DNA of 64,000 nt from the human T2T-CHM13v2.0 reference genome, Homo sapiens. Below, piece after piece: positions 1 through 13,965 of this stretch. Positions within the stretch are counted from its first letter, which is position 1; every line of letters begins with the position of its first letter. The stretch lies in NCBI RefSeq assembly GCF_009914755.1, contig NC_060926.1. One strand, 5' to 3'. The position numbers and the translations under genes were made by a program. The notes under the pieces are model-generated. The model searched no databases. It had not been told where the DNA came from and saw only the letters and a program-made list of their open reading frames with translations.

Positions 1-119
1 TCCAAAGAGACCTAGCCAAAGAGAATGATCAGAGTAAAAGGCCAATTCCTTCCAATGCCTTCCTGGCCCCATTTTCCCTGAATCCTCCCTGTTAATTATA
101 AAAACTCTTTCATGGCTCT

Positions 120-520
120 TACCTCAGACTCACCGGGCTCCCAACTCTCGGGTTTCCTAGTTCTGCCCTAAACAAGCCTCACACTGTCCTGCCCTTGGAG
201 CTTTACTCTCACTGCTCCCTCAGGGGTGAGGCTTTTCCCCAGACCCTTGGGTTCCTTCCCTCACTCCCAAAGCCAACCCTGTGCTTCCCATCTTAATGAT
301 CCCTCTGTATGTGTTCATAGGACACCCTACTCCATGCTTTTGTCAGAAGCACTTTTCGCCTTCTGACTTATGATATAATTTATTTACTTATGATTTTACA
401 CTTGATAGGCTGACTCCCTCTAGTGGAATTTGAGCTTCATGGGATCAGGGGCCATTGTCTATTATTTGCATTGCTGCATCCCAGTGTAATGGGAGTACCT
501 GGCAAGCAGTAGGTGCTCAG
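120..520 (+). mobile_element. Old LINE-2 3' remnant (approximate)
   Basis: Degenerate L2 3'-end phrases (cactgctccctcag..., gtacctggcaagcagtaggtgctca); boundaries by eye. Confidence 0.5.
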
Positions 521-1737
521 AGTGGGGCACTCTTCCCAGGAGTCTGCATGTCTAGAAGTCTGGGAGGATTGTAAAGAGTGGATTAAACTGCTTGTTATAT
601 GGACAATGTTCCCTTTTCCTTTTTTTTATTCATTTTACTTACCCAGTCTTTAGGAAATAAGGAAAATTACAATTCTCAGAACTTATATACTTTGTCTCAA
701 GTGGTATTTTAGGTTGTATTTCCTGAAAACATACAATAATAATACAACATTATCATACTTAATTGATTATATTATACTAATATGTAATGACATGTAATAT
801 GTACTATGTAAGTTATAACAATAGTAGATTTATTGACTTTCCATTTAAAAGACAAAACTTACCAGATTATATCAGGAGTCAGATAATTGATATTTCAGGT
901 TTGTTGGCAAAGAAAGAAAACTGAATACATTACTTAGATACATACATAAGAAAGAAAACACATTTTCACTATTGTTATTAATAATTTTAAATGGAATGTG
1001 ATTTAAAGAGCTTCTCAGCCTGTTCAGGGGAACCTCACTCACCACTACATGTTCACAACTCTGAGGAAAACAAGAAAACCCCAGATAAGATTCTTGTTTC
1101 CATCAGTGGTGTGAACAGAGGTTTTCAAAACTGTTAAAAGGAAAAGAGTCTGAGTCTGTGTGAAAGGCTGTGTTGTGCAGAGTGGAGTGCTCTATAGAAG
1201 AGAAGATACCACCCCCATTTTTCCTGGCCAGGTGGATGCACCATCATCTGTCTGCAGGGAGTGGAATCACACAATGATGAGTCTGAGCCTGGAGTCTGCT
1301 TATCTTTGCAGCTGTGGTCACTCATGCACCCACAGTGCTTGGCCTAACAAAGTGATGTCCTTTACTAGTTCTTCCAAAGAATGGAACGTTTTCAGGGCTC
1401 ATAGAAAAGATGTCTAAGCTGCGAAGGAAAAGTGTGTATAGAAGATGAATTTCTGATCAATGACTTCAGCCAGGTGCAATCATGCAGCAAGGAAGATGAA
1501 TGGGCATGTTGCAGGAAGAAAGAGAAAAAGAAACCATAGGTTTTTATTTTTTCTTTCAAGAGATTTGTACTAAACACCATCTGTCTGAGCCTAGGTTATT
1601 GGTGAGGTAGGAGGACAGGGATTAAATTGTGAGTCCAGAGAGGAGAAGGTCTACCCCCATGCTAAGTCAATAGCCTTTCTGACTTGACCACCTGGGCAGG
1701 GGCTTCTCAATGAAAAGAAGAGGAGGCAGGTGGTCTC

Positions 1738-1870
1738 TGTAGCTGGAAGCTCCGCACCTTCCCATGCTTCTTTGCATGTTCCTCCCAGCCACGCTGGTGT
1801 CCGGAGCCCATATCAATGCCTAGGTCAGACCTCAGGGGAAGAGCTACTCAATTAGGACCCAGAAAGATTC
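1738..1870 (+). promoter_or_regulatory. Ig kappa V (subgroup III-type) promoter remnant
   Basis: Pentadecamer-like tgtagctggaagctc (1738-1752), octamer variant CTTTGCAT (1770-1777) about 100 bp upstream of the leader ATG, and an IGKV3-like 5'UTR (ccatatcaatgcct...ttaggacccaga). Confidence 0.8.
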
Positions 1871-1919
1871 ATGGAAGCCCCAGCTCAGCTTCTCTGTCTC
1901 CTGTTACTCTAGCTCCCAG
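1871..1919 (+). pseudogene. IGKV3-type leader exon (L-PART1) of a truncated kappa orphon pseudogene; V exon absent
   Basis: 49-nt exon ATGGAAGCCCCAGCTCAGCTTCTC...CTCCCAG|GTGAGA = MEAPAQLLCLLLL*LP versus canonical IGKV3 MEAPAQLLFLLLLWLP; Trp codon changed to TAG at 1910-1912. Confidence 0.88.
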
Positions 1920-2249
1920 GTGAGAGGAAGAGGAGATGGCCCTGCACTGAAACTCTCTCAACCTTCTTGGTTCCTCTGACCTGGCATCAATACCTTCTTT
2001 CCACATCCTCCCAAGCAGCAGCCACTGTTGTGCGGCCTGGGAAGGGGTTGCCTCCCAGCCCCAACTCTGCATCATCACAGATCCAGGCTCCAGGACCTCA
2101 TCCTGTGTTGGCAACTCAGACCCTGAGCCATTTCCATGTGGACCAGCCCCACCCCAGGCCCAGAGCTGCTGTCACTACAAGTGCACCCACACTCCAGAGC
2201 CTGGCCCTGAGGCTGCTCTGGAAATTGCCTAAGACATAACATAAATGGA

Positions 2250-2840
2250 GAATGTACAGCAACACAGTAGAGTGAAATGCAGAGAATAACCACACAGAAA
2301 GCATCTCTGGGAGATGGCACACCTGAGAGACCTGAGAAATATTGAAAATGTGTCAAGAGTAATGAAACACATTAGTCTATAAGATCAAAAAAATGGAACT
2401 TATCCAGGATAAACATCAAGACATGCATCACTATACAGATTATAGTTCAAATGCTAAATCACATACAAAGAGAAAATCTCAAGTGTATTAAAAAAAACTG
2501 GTTCATTATACCAGGGAAACAGTAATAAAACCTCGATTAACTGTTTATGGGACCAATAGAGGCAAGAAGACAGTGAGATTACATACTTACATGCTGGGTG
2601 GAGGGCACTCAACTAAGGATTCATTATCCAGTGAAAATATGCTTCAAAAATAAAGGTAAAGTAAAAACACTTATTTATGAACAAAATGAAGAGAAATGAT
2701 TTCTTGTAGATATGCTCTATATATATTCAAGAGCCAATTTTTCAGAATCACAGGAAATGAGAGCAGATAGTAAGTTGAATGCACAGAAATAAATGAAGAT
2801 TTCATAAATAGTAAAGAAAAGAGCAAGATGCAAGAAAAAC
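2250..2840 (+). mobile_element. Old L1M ORF1-region fragment
   Basis: A-rich with L1 ORF1 C-terminal phrases (gaggcaagaagacagtg..., tatccagtgaaaatatgcttcaaaaataaagg). Confidence 0.6.
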
Positions 2841-3097
2841 AAAAGAAAAACAGCATCTGTGATACTAATCTTTTAGAAAATTATTACACTGCTAATAAAA
2901 TGTGAAGTGTGGATTCATGCCACTGAGCTTAGGTTATTGCCTCCACTATTTTTGAAATGCTAGTGCCCATGATGTCCTGATGCAGGAACTCATCTCTTAA
3001 CAAAACAATACAGCCATATACAGAAAAAATAAGGTCCTTTTTCACCCATTCTGGTGTAGGGTAGCTCAATCAATTAAAAGAAATTGCAAAGGCTATA

Positions 3098-3515
3098 TGC
3101 TATGGTTTGGGTGTTTGTCCTCTCCAAACCTCATGTTGAAATATGATTCCCAGTATTGAAGGTGGGGCCTAATGGGAGGTGTTTGGATCATGAGGACAGA
3201 TCCCTCTTGAATAAATTAATTCTGTCTCTTGGAGGTGAGTCCTTACTCAGTTCCCATGAGAGCTGGTTGTCACAAAGAGCTGGTATCTCCCCATCTTCTT
3301 GCTTCCTCTCTCTCCATGTGATCTCTGCACATGCCAGCTCTCCTTCACCTTCTACCATGAGTGGACACAGCCTGAGGGCCTCACCAGAAGCTGAATAGAT
3401 GCTGGCACCAGGCTTCCCGTATAGCCCGCAGAACCATGAGCTAAATAGACCTCTTTTCTTAATAAATTACCCAGCCTCAGGTATTCCTTTATAGCCACAC
3501 AAAAGGACTAAGACA
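3098..3515 (+). mobile_element. MST-family MaLR solo LTR (MSTB/MSTC-like)
   Basis: Starts TGCTATGGTTTGG, ends GGACTAAGACA; typical MST body. Confidence 0.85.
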
Positions 3516-4982
3516 CCCTATCACTGGAGTCCACTCAGACTACCAGGTGAGATAAATCCAGGAGCTTCCAGGTTCTTTGTTCTTGATTCTGGCAATGGGT
3601 CCAAATAAAAGACAATGAAAGGATATGCTATTGGCTACTTTGTCATTTCGTCTTCCTGCTTCCTACCTAATGACCTGAATGCACATGTGCTCCCGCTGTC
3701 AGTCTCCCCACTGTGAACAACTCTCCTTTCTCTTTACGAACCTCCTCTGCCCTGGGCAGGCTGGTGACCACACTGCTCTGGGCCAGATACTGTGCCCAGT
3801 ACAGAGAGGAGGTGCACGAGGAAATGATAAGGCACATCTCTGCTTTGGAGAATCTCATTGCCCAAGAAGACATATAGACAAGTAAACCAGTTACAGAAAT
3901 AATGGTTAAGGTACACTGGTGGGACAAAGAAGGGACGAATCAGTTTTGCCTAAGATTGGAGGATGCTGGGCAAAAAAGGCTTCAGAGAAGAGGAGGTATT
4001 TGGAGAGTGCATTGAAGGTTGAATAGAAGGTTTAGAGAATCAGAATTTGCCTAGTGTACAGAAAGAAAAATTGAAAGGCAGTGGACGGCCATCAGTAGAA
4101 GGGTGTGAGGCACAAGTTATTGAGGTACATGAAGAGACTGACAGTCATGATCCTTATGAAGCATTAGTTGAAGGGTCACAGAGGTACGCATAAGTATACC
4201 AATGGTAATGCTGCTGGAAGAGTAGCCAGGGGACTGGAGAAAAGAAGGCACCATGTTATGTGCTGGGACCTCATTCATTCTTCATGTCATAAGGAGCCAA
4301 TTCTTCTCTGGACTTTTCCACATTCCATGCAAAGTCTGTCTGGCTTCCTGTCCATTTACTTTCTGGTCATTCAAGGCCTACCACTGTCCGGTGTCCAGTT
4401 GCTCCTCACATGCAGATGGAAAACCTGGGCCAGGTCAAAGTCTGAAGACCTAGAGAACTGGGCAGAGCTCTGGGCAGTGTGGGATCTGCCCACACCTCTC
4501 AGAGAGAGGAACTGAGGTGGTTGTTCTGAGAGGCAGTGAGCAGGGAGACCCCGAAGCCAAAGGCTGGCAGGATCCAGCAGGGCAGAGGCCAGCAGGGGAA
4601 TTCAGGGAAGAGCCTCAGGGCTGACAATGGGGACACCTGACTACAGTCAAGGGGATTCAAAGCACAGCCTGGAACCTGGAGGAATCCCCTGGAACATGGA
4701 CACAGAAATGCGGACAGCTGAAGCCATGACCTTGACCACAGGTAGGGAGCTTGCAGTTAGGGACAGGAGCCAACTTTACTTAGACATAACTCAAATTCAT
4801 TTCATTTCTGAAGGAAATGAAATTTCCTTCATTTTCACCTGGTTGGAATTTATTGCTCTCTCCTTAATGGTGCATAGCACCTTGTTTATTTATGCTTTGA
4901 GTAATTGTAATATGCCTTGTTTTATAGTATTTTTATACATTTCTACTTCAACTCTTGATTATAAATTTGTTAAGGCAGGGAA

Positions 4983-5020
4983 TATCTATCTATCTGTCTA
5001 TCTTATCTATCTATCATCTA
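4983..5020. repeat. Degenerate (TATC)n microsatellite
   Basis: tatctatctatctgtctatcttatctatctatc. Confidence 0.7.
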
Positions 5021-7171
5021 CACACACTAATGGTATTTTAGCTATAGCATACATAAATACATAGGTACATTTTGTTGAATTGAAATTAAGTGAATTAATC
5101 CCATCCTCTTTCAGAATAGAAATTATGTTTTCTGGGAGCTAGAAACTATTGTGAGAGATGTTAGTATTGTTGAAATTTAAAAGGGGCTGTCCAGTTCAGT
5201 TGTGGCCTGGTGTGTACTGAATGACATCCAAATTCTAAGTAAGTGGAATTGCTATCAGATCTGAAATAAATTAGCCATGCTCGTGAGAAGATGTAGAGTG
5301 AGGAATTCCTTCCACAAATGCTCTGTTTATCTGATTATTGGTTAGCCAGTGATTTCCTGTCATCCACAAAAAAAGAGGAAATAGTAAGAGAAAAGTAAAT
5401 ACTAGGTGAAGTGCTTTGAGCCAAAGGGAGTCCATATAAGAAGTGATGGATGGCTCTGTTGGGATCCCGGCAGTAGTGCATGATGATGTTGTTGTATAAA
5501 TACGTCAGCTCCTTTAACCCTCGGGGGACCCTGAAGCATGTGTTTTTCATGGGCCCCTAGCGTGCTCATGCGGGATTAAGTTTCAGTTGCCTACTGTGGT
5601 AATTGGCTTGAGAAGCCTATCTTTATTAATTTTCTCCTCTTCCTTGTCTTATTTCTCTTCTCCCCTACCTGTGTTCTCTTCATTCCCTTCCTCCCTACAA
5701 AATAAACTATGTGAGTTTGAATTCTTGTTTCAGGATTCAAGTTTGCTCCTGGGGAACCAAATTAAGACTAAAGAATATGTATTCTCTTTCTTCTCATTTG
5801 GCGTTGAGACATTTTAAAGCCTCAACAATTTTCCCTATATAAGCAGTTCCAATTATTTGTGCCTGACTTATAAAAAGTAGGTAATGAGAAAATTAAGGCT
5901 TGCAGACAAATCTTACACAATTGCAGCAGAATATCTCAGAAATGTGCCCAATTCTGAGACAGAAAGAAAAGAAAAAAAATCCCACATCTTTATTATGGTT
6001 TCCCAATGCCTCTTCAAAGCGCATTAAGTAGGTGTAATCCTCGCCCCTCCCATACGATAGTGGGCAGACCCCATGACTTTTACTAGCCAAGATAATAATC
6101 AAAACTCCACCTTATCTTTAATGGCAAACCTTCCTCCAGTTGGAGTGTGCTTTGGGCTGTCCACCGGTGGTGGGAAAGAGAGGAAAGGAGGTATGGTCGG
6201 TGTCTTCTCTCCACTTTGTGCCATTTCTCTTTTCTTCTCCCATCTCAGCTGGCCCACCATTTCTGACCTCTTGCTGTTGGAGGAATGCTAAGGAACAAGA
6301 AAGCTCTTACAGAATGGACACTGATGTAATCTGGTTTTGCACATTCTATGCCTGGTGGTTGTTCAAAACTGACGCTTTTCCTGGGGCTTGCTTGGGTCCT
6401 TTGGAAGACTGTTCCCAGAAGACTTCTCTCCTACAGGTCATCGTACCTGGTTCATGCATCTCTAGTTGCATGCGTTCTTGGTGTTTACTTGTGACACATT
6501 TGTAGCCCCCGTCTAGCTTCCTGCTGGTAGGGCCCTCCGCTCTCTAAGTGATTGTACTGGACAGAACCCCAAATGACCCTTGGCTGGATCTCTCCCACAT
6601 GGCACACATCTGCTCTACTGAAAATGCTCATGACTTTCCTGGCCCGAGAAGCCTTGCTGATTCCAATACCACCTTACCCTGGTGCCCCAGGCTACTTTAG
6701 CATCGTTGGGCCAGAGTCAGGCAGCATCCTCTGGGTCTCCCAGCTCCATTTAAGTTCATGAAAATGGTCATTTAAGCTTTCTGAAAGGTGTCTTAAGAAG
6801 CCTTGTTAGAAGTAGCAGCCCTTCCTCATTTTTCTTCCCTATAAGCAGAAGTGGGAATTCTCCTTGATAAAATCCTCCCCCCAAAAATATCTTCAAAAAT
6901 CTTGTGGAATCCAATAGTCATGGAAATGGTTCTCAGAATTTTCATGATAAGGTCTGCATATGGTGATCTGGTTTTGGAATACCCCTTTTGTTGTATTCGA
7001 TTATCCCAGGGAAACTTTTTTTTCCAACATCCTGTTACTATAGTTTCAGATATCCTGCCATTAGGCCATATTTGGGGTGATAATTCAGGGCACTTTCGCC
7101 TGTATGGGGGGCCTCTTGGAGAGAGGAGCATATTATTGAAAACAGTAAGCAGTTAACGCTTTATTTTGCTA

Positions 7172-7520
7172 TATTATTTTATTGGTAAAATTTATTTCAA
7201 TGCAAAACATATACAGAGACAAGTACACGGTGGTAAATGTATAGCTCAATAAAGCTAATGAAATAAACACACCAATGTAACAGATCAAGAAAGAGGACAT
7301 TACTAGCTTCCAGATGCCCTATCATGTGGCTTCCCAGTTTAGTTCCCTCAAGGATAATGAATATTCTGACTATTAATGTCATAGATCAGTTTTATCTTCT
7401 TTTGAAGTTTATGTAAGTGGAATCTTTTCTGTCTGGTCAATATCATGTTTCTGAGATTCATCTATATTGTTGCCTTTAGTTGGAGACTGTTCATTCTCAT
7501 TACTGGATGGCCATCCTATG
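7172..7520 (-). mobile_element. L1ME-type 3' fragment
   Basis: Reverse-strand old L1 3'UTR phrases (tttctgagattcatctatattgttg, gaatattctgact). Confidence 0.6.
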
Positions 7521-8338
7521 AATATACTTGGGCAGTTAATATTTGGTCAATTAATTTCTTCCCTCAAGGGTAGCTCAAAAGTTGACCATGGCCTCCCTAC
7601 ACCGTCCCTGATTTCAATCTGAATCCACAGGAAGAGTCTCACCTTACTCTAATGACTTGCATTGAATATCAGAACACAGAAGTTGGATTTTTTCCAATTT
7701 TTAAACAATGTGCAGAGGTAGGCTTTTTCAGGGTAGCAGTTTATTATTTATTTCCATACTTTGTGTTTTATCCCATCAATCTGCTCTTTCAATTTGGCTT
7801 AGAGTTATAGAATGTTCGAGCTGGAGAAACCACATTTTCTGAGAAACATTTTATATAAATTCTGATAACAGTTGTATGAACTTCTATTTCTTCAAGAATC
7901 ATGATAAGTTTTATCACATAGGTCCCAAGAAAAATCTAGGTACAGTAACAACTGGAGATCAGGAATATTTTTCTAAATATTTCTTGCATTGTACTTTTAT
8001 AATGAGTCTTTTTTCAATTAAAGTGAAAAGCATCAAAGCATGATAGATTTTTTACCTGAGAATAAAATGGTCTTTTCATTTATATTTGAATAAAAATTCA
8101 AATTTTAAACTTCACCATAAAATTCAGTAATGTTGACAACTTGTCAGCACTTACTTCATAGATTGATACCCACACTATAATTTAGAATGTGAAAGTTAAA
8201 ATAGTATCTACACCCTGAATAATAAATAATATGCACTAAAGACTTTTCTTTTATGGAACTCTATTTGGCAAATGCTAAAATATCATTGGAACATTACTTT
8301 AGATTAGAAAATATTTTATTAATAATTCAGACAGAGTG

Positions 8339-8678
8339 TGTTATAGTTTGGCTGTGTCCCCCCCAAATCTGATCTTGAATTGCAGTTCCCATAATCCCCA
8401 CATGTTACCCAGTGGGAGGTAATTGAATCATGGGGGCGGTTAGCCCATGCTGCTATTCTCATGATAGTGAGTGAGTTCTCATGAGATCTGATGGTTTTAT
8501 CCAGGACTTTTCCCCCTTTTGCTCAGCACCTCTCCTTGCTGCTGCCATGTGAAGAAGGATGTGTTTGCTTCCCGTTCCGCCATGATTGTAAGTTTCCTGA
8601 GGCCTCCCAGAACTATGAGTCAATTAAATATCTTTCGTTTATAAATAGCCGAGCACTGTGAGAATGGACTAATAAATA
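8339..8678 (+). mobile_element. THE1/MSTA-type MaLR solo LTR
   Basis: tgttatagtttggctgtgtcccc...gagaatggactaata; contains TAATTGAATCA at 8420-8430. Confidence 0.85.
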
Positions 8679-8682
8679 CGAG

Positions 8683-9099
8683 TGTCTTAATCCATTTTGC
8701 ATTGTTATAAAGGAATATCTGAGGCTAGGTAATTTAATAAAATAAGACATTTATTTGACTCACGGTTCTTCAGGCTCTGCAAGAAGCATGGCACCAGCAT
8801 CTGCTTCTGGTGAGGACCTCATGAAGTTTCCAACCATGGGGGGAGGCCAAGAGAGAGCAGGCATGTCACATGGCAAGGGAGGGAGCAAGAGAGAGGGGAG
8901 GAGTGCCATGCTCTTTTAGGCAGCCAGATCCCACAGGAACTAAGAGTGAGAATTCACTCAATCCTAACATAATGACACCAAGCAACTCATGAGGGATCTG
9001 CCCCCCTGACCCAAACACCTCCAACTAGGCCCCACCTCCCACATTAGGGATGAAATTTCAACATGATATTTGGAGGGAACTAATATCCAAACTATGTCA
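8683..9099 (-). mobile_element. MSTB-type MaLR solo LTR, tail-to-tail with the previous LTR
   Basis: tgtcttaatccattttgcattg...atccaaactatgtca is the reverse complement of an MST LTR. Confidence 0.8.
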
Positions 9100-9117
9100 T
9101 AGAGGTATGTGTGTAAC

Positions 9118-9600
9118 CTCATTCATTTATGCATTCATTCAACAAAATATGTAGTGAGCACCTGCTATGTGCCAGGCACTGTGCTAGGCTGTAGATATGA
9201 CTCATAAATAAGATGAATATTGCCACAGTCCTTAGGAGCCTAGTGTAGTTGGGGAGTAAATAAGCAAACAGATAATTTCTATACCTGGTAATTACTACTT
9301 TGATAGGGCAAAGAGGATTCTGTTTGTGCTGTAAAAGCACATGAAAAGTACAAAGTCAATCCTTGGGAGGTCATGGAATCTTTCCTAGGAAATGATATAT
9401 AAGGTGGATAAAAAGGTAACCAGATACAGATGAGAAGAGAAGGTGGGCCAGAAATTTTGAAATACTGAACCAACTGGATGTCATTCACTGACATAGGGTA
9501 AATAGTATAGATGACTGGATTGGAAAAGGAAAAAGGAACTAAAAGTAATTAAATGAGCTGCAGACATGAAAATGAACACTTGGGAAGTCCTGGCAGGAAG
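9118..9600 (-). mobile_element. LINE-2 3' end
   Basis: cattcattcaacaaaatatgtagtgagcacctgctatgtgccaggcactgtgctagg. Confidence 0.7.
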
Positions 9601-9757
9601 TCATCAATAAGACAACATAACGAAGTGGAAAGTGGTTGGGAGTAAGGCTGACTTGGATTCAAACCCTGGTTTCACCACTTAATAGACGTGTTAAGTTGAA
9701 CAAACCCTTTAACTTTTCAGAGCCTCAATTTTCCTCTTTGTAAAATACAGATAATAA

Positions 9758-10156
<399 letters not shown>

Positions 10157-11447
10157 TGAACACTCAAAAATGGGAGGTTTTCGTATTTCAGAAGAAAATC
10201 ACGTGTCGGGGAGTGTTAGTAGTAACCTTGAACTATATGCAAAGACTAAAGCTAGGAACATAGGAAGAATTTTACAAGATCCTTTTGGCTATATAGTTAA
10301 CGTTATTAGCAGTTAGAGTTTCCCTTACAGTTGACAAGTGAACCATAAAAGTGAATGACTTGTGGTTCCTCAGATAAAAGCACGAGTCAGAGTTGTAATT
10401 TCTGTTTTGTGGACGTAATTGTTGACCAAGTGCACTGAATGTAGGGATGGCCAGTAGCAAAATTATAAAGCAGGCCTGTTTGTCTTCAAACACTCCTGAG
10501 TAAACTTGTCATTTCCTTGTAAAAATGCAAAATAGACTACTGAGTAGAGGTGATCAATTATAGAAATGCACTTACTTTGGCTTTCTTCTGAAACCTAATA
10601 AAATGACAGTAAAGGGATTATTTTTTTAAGGCAGAAGCCCACAATGATGATGAAATTAGAAAGGAAGACAAGAACAACAAGGTTGTGGAATTCAGAAGCC
10701 ATATAGACAAGAGGTAACACACCTGAGAAAGATGATCCCTAAATTTGTCTTGGAGAAAACTCGGAAGTACCTGACTACATCATAGACCTCCCAAACAGCT
10801 TCCAAATGTCAGATACCACTGAAAATGGGGATAAAGGTAGGGTCAAAAATAGGAGGATTGGGTTATAAGTCTGTATAAGAAGTTGTTAGATCCCTACATC
10901 CTCTCTTCAAACCTGTATAGCCAGATAATGGTCCCTCTCCCAGCCTGGCAGAGGCTGGATAAGGTAAATAGAGAAAGTTACCTCCTGGAGAACATTTGGC
11001 ACATTTGGGGATGGAGTTCAGTAATATAAATGAAGGGGTAGTGAAAATTTATGGGAACATTTATAACCTAACAGAACCCCATGTCTTTTACCCCATTCTA
11101 ATTCCAGACCACTAGAGATTAGAAAATTGTTCTCTGGGGTATCTGACCACTTCCAGAGGAAAGACATAAAGATGCTGATGTCAAGAATGACCCAACTAAA
11201 CGGCCCAGCCAGATGACCCAGTTGAAGCTGGTGGACAAGAAGTTTCATTCATGGAATCAGAACTTCCAATAAGGTCTTTTAGTACCTCACTCCTAAATTT
11301 GAATAGACTACCAAATATTATCAGACATCTAAGGAGAACTACGAGCATGAAAGGTAGAGACCAAAGCAAACAAACAAACAAAGAAAATAATTTGGAACTA
11401 ACCAAGACTATGCTGGGAGAAGAAAACTATTATTAATATCCACAGAG

Positions 11448-12522
<1,075 letters not shown>

Positions 12523-12971
12523 AATATCCACAGAGGCGTAAGAGGAGATATTGTATTGCACCCACGAACCAGTCTTATGCTGTTTAAGAAAGGGACATTC
12601 AAGAAACAAAAAGGGAGCTCTGGGAAATTTGAACACTAAATAATAGTAGAATAAAAAATTCAGAGAAAGTTTGGATGATAAATTTGAGCCAATCTCCCAG
12701 TAAGCAGAGCAAAAATATAGAAAATGAGAGTTAGAAAAGAAAAAGAAAAAAATTAAAGGACTAAAATAAGAAGTCCAACATCTAAATAAGAGGAGATCCA
12801 CAAAGAGCAACAGAGATAAGAGAAGAAAGGAAATAATCAATAAAATAATTCCAGAAAATCCAAGGACATGAGTTCTCAGATTGTAACAGACTACTCGAGT
12901 GAAAAAAAAAAAAAAAGAATGGAGTTAGACCCATCCCAAGGCACATTATTTGTGCGATTTTAAAATACCGA

Positions 12972-13375
12972 TATATTAGTTTGCTAGAGCTGCAGTAACA
13001 AAACACCACAGACTGGGTGGCTTGAACAGCAGAAATTTGTTTTCTCATGGTTCTGGATGCTAGAAGTCTAAGATCGAGGTGACAGCAGTTTCGTTTTTTC
13101 CTGACGCTTCTCTCCTTAGCTCACAGATGGCTGCCTTCTAGTTGTGTCCTCATACTGTCTTCCCTTGGTCAGTGTTGTCTGTGTCCTCGTCTCCTCTTCT
13201 TAAAAGGACACCAGTCATATTAGGTTAAGAATTGCCCATTAGACCTCATTTTACCTTAATTACCTCTTTAAAGGCCCCACGTCTAAATACAGTCATATTC
13301 TAAACTACTGGGGGTTAGGGCTTCACTGAGTGAATTTTGGTGGAAAGTGGGGCAGGGGACACAATTCAGCCTACA
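12972..13375 (-). mobile_element. MLT1 (MLT1B/C-like) MaLR LTR
   Basis: tattagtttgctagagctgcagtaacaaaacaccacagactgggtggc...ggggacacaattcagcc. Confidence 0.8.
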
Positions 13376-13537
13376 AAAACTGGAAACAAAGTGAAAATCC
13401 TATGTGTTTCTGTGCTCAGAAGACAGGAAGTAGTCATACACAAGAGTCAATAATTAAACTGGTTTCTCACCAGCAATTTGGGAGACTGGAAGTTGGAAGA
13501 CACAGAGCAGTGCCTACCACATTCAAAAGAGAAAAGA

Positions 13538-13965
13538 GGCCGGGCATGGTGGCTCACGCCTGTAATCCCAGCACTTTAGGAGGCGAGGAGGATGGATCAC
13601 CAGGTCAGGTGTTCAAGACCAGCCTGACCAACATGGTGAAACGCTGTCTCTACTAAAAATACAAAAATTAGCTGGGCATGGTGGAACACGCCTGTAATCC
13701 TAGCACTTTGGGAGGCCACAGAGGGCAGATCACCAGGTCAGGAGTTTGAGACCAGCCTGACCAACAAGGTGAAACCCCATCTCTACTAAAAATACAAAAA
13801 TTAGCCAGGCGTGGTGGCGCATGCCTGTAATCCCAGCTACTCAGAAGGCTGAGACAGAAGAATCACTTGAACCCAGGAGGTGGAGGTTGCAGTGAGCCGA
13901 GATCGTGCCACTGCACTCCATCCTGGGTGACAGAATGAGACTCCGTCTCAAAAAAAAAAAAAAAA
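13538..13965 (+). mobile_element. Trimeric AluS (left-left-right arms)
   Basis: Two left monomers each followed by A5TACA5-6, then one right monomer and poly-A; gagaaaaga flanks both ends. Confidence 0.9.

Noticed and set aside
4168-5064. 115-aa and 145-aa ORFs
   Set aside because: No recognisable domain or splice structure; they cross degenerate repeat-like and microsatellite sequence.
7660-8335. AT-rich 3'UTR-like stretch with several AATAAA
   Set aside because: No upstream exon, poly-A tail or TSD that I can identify; AATAAA is frequent at this composition.
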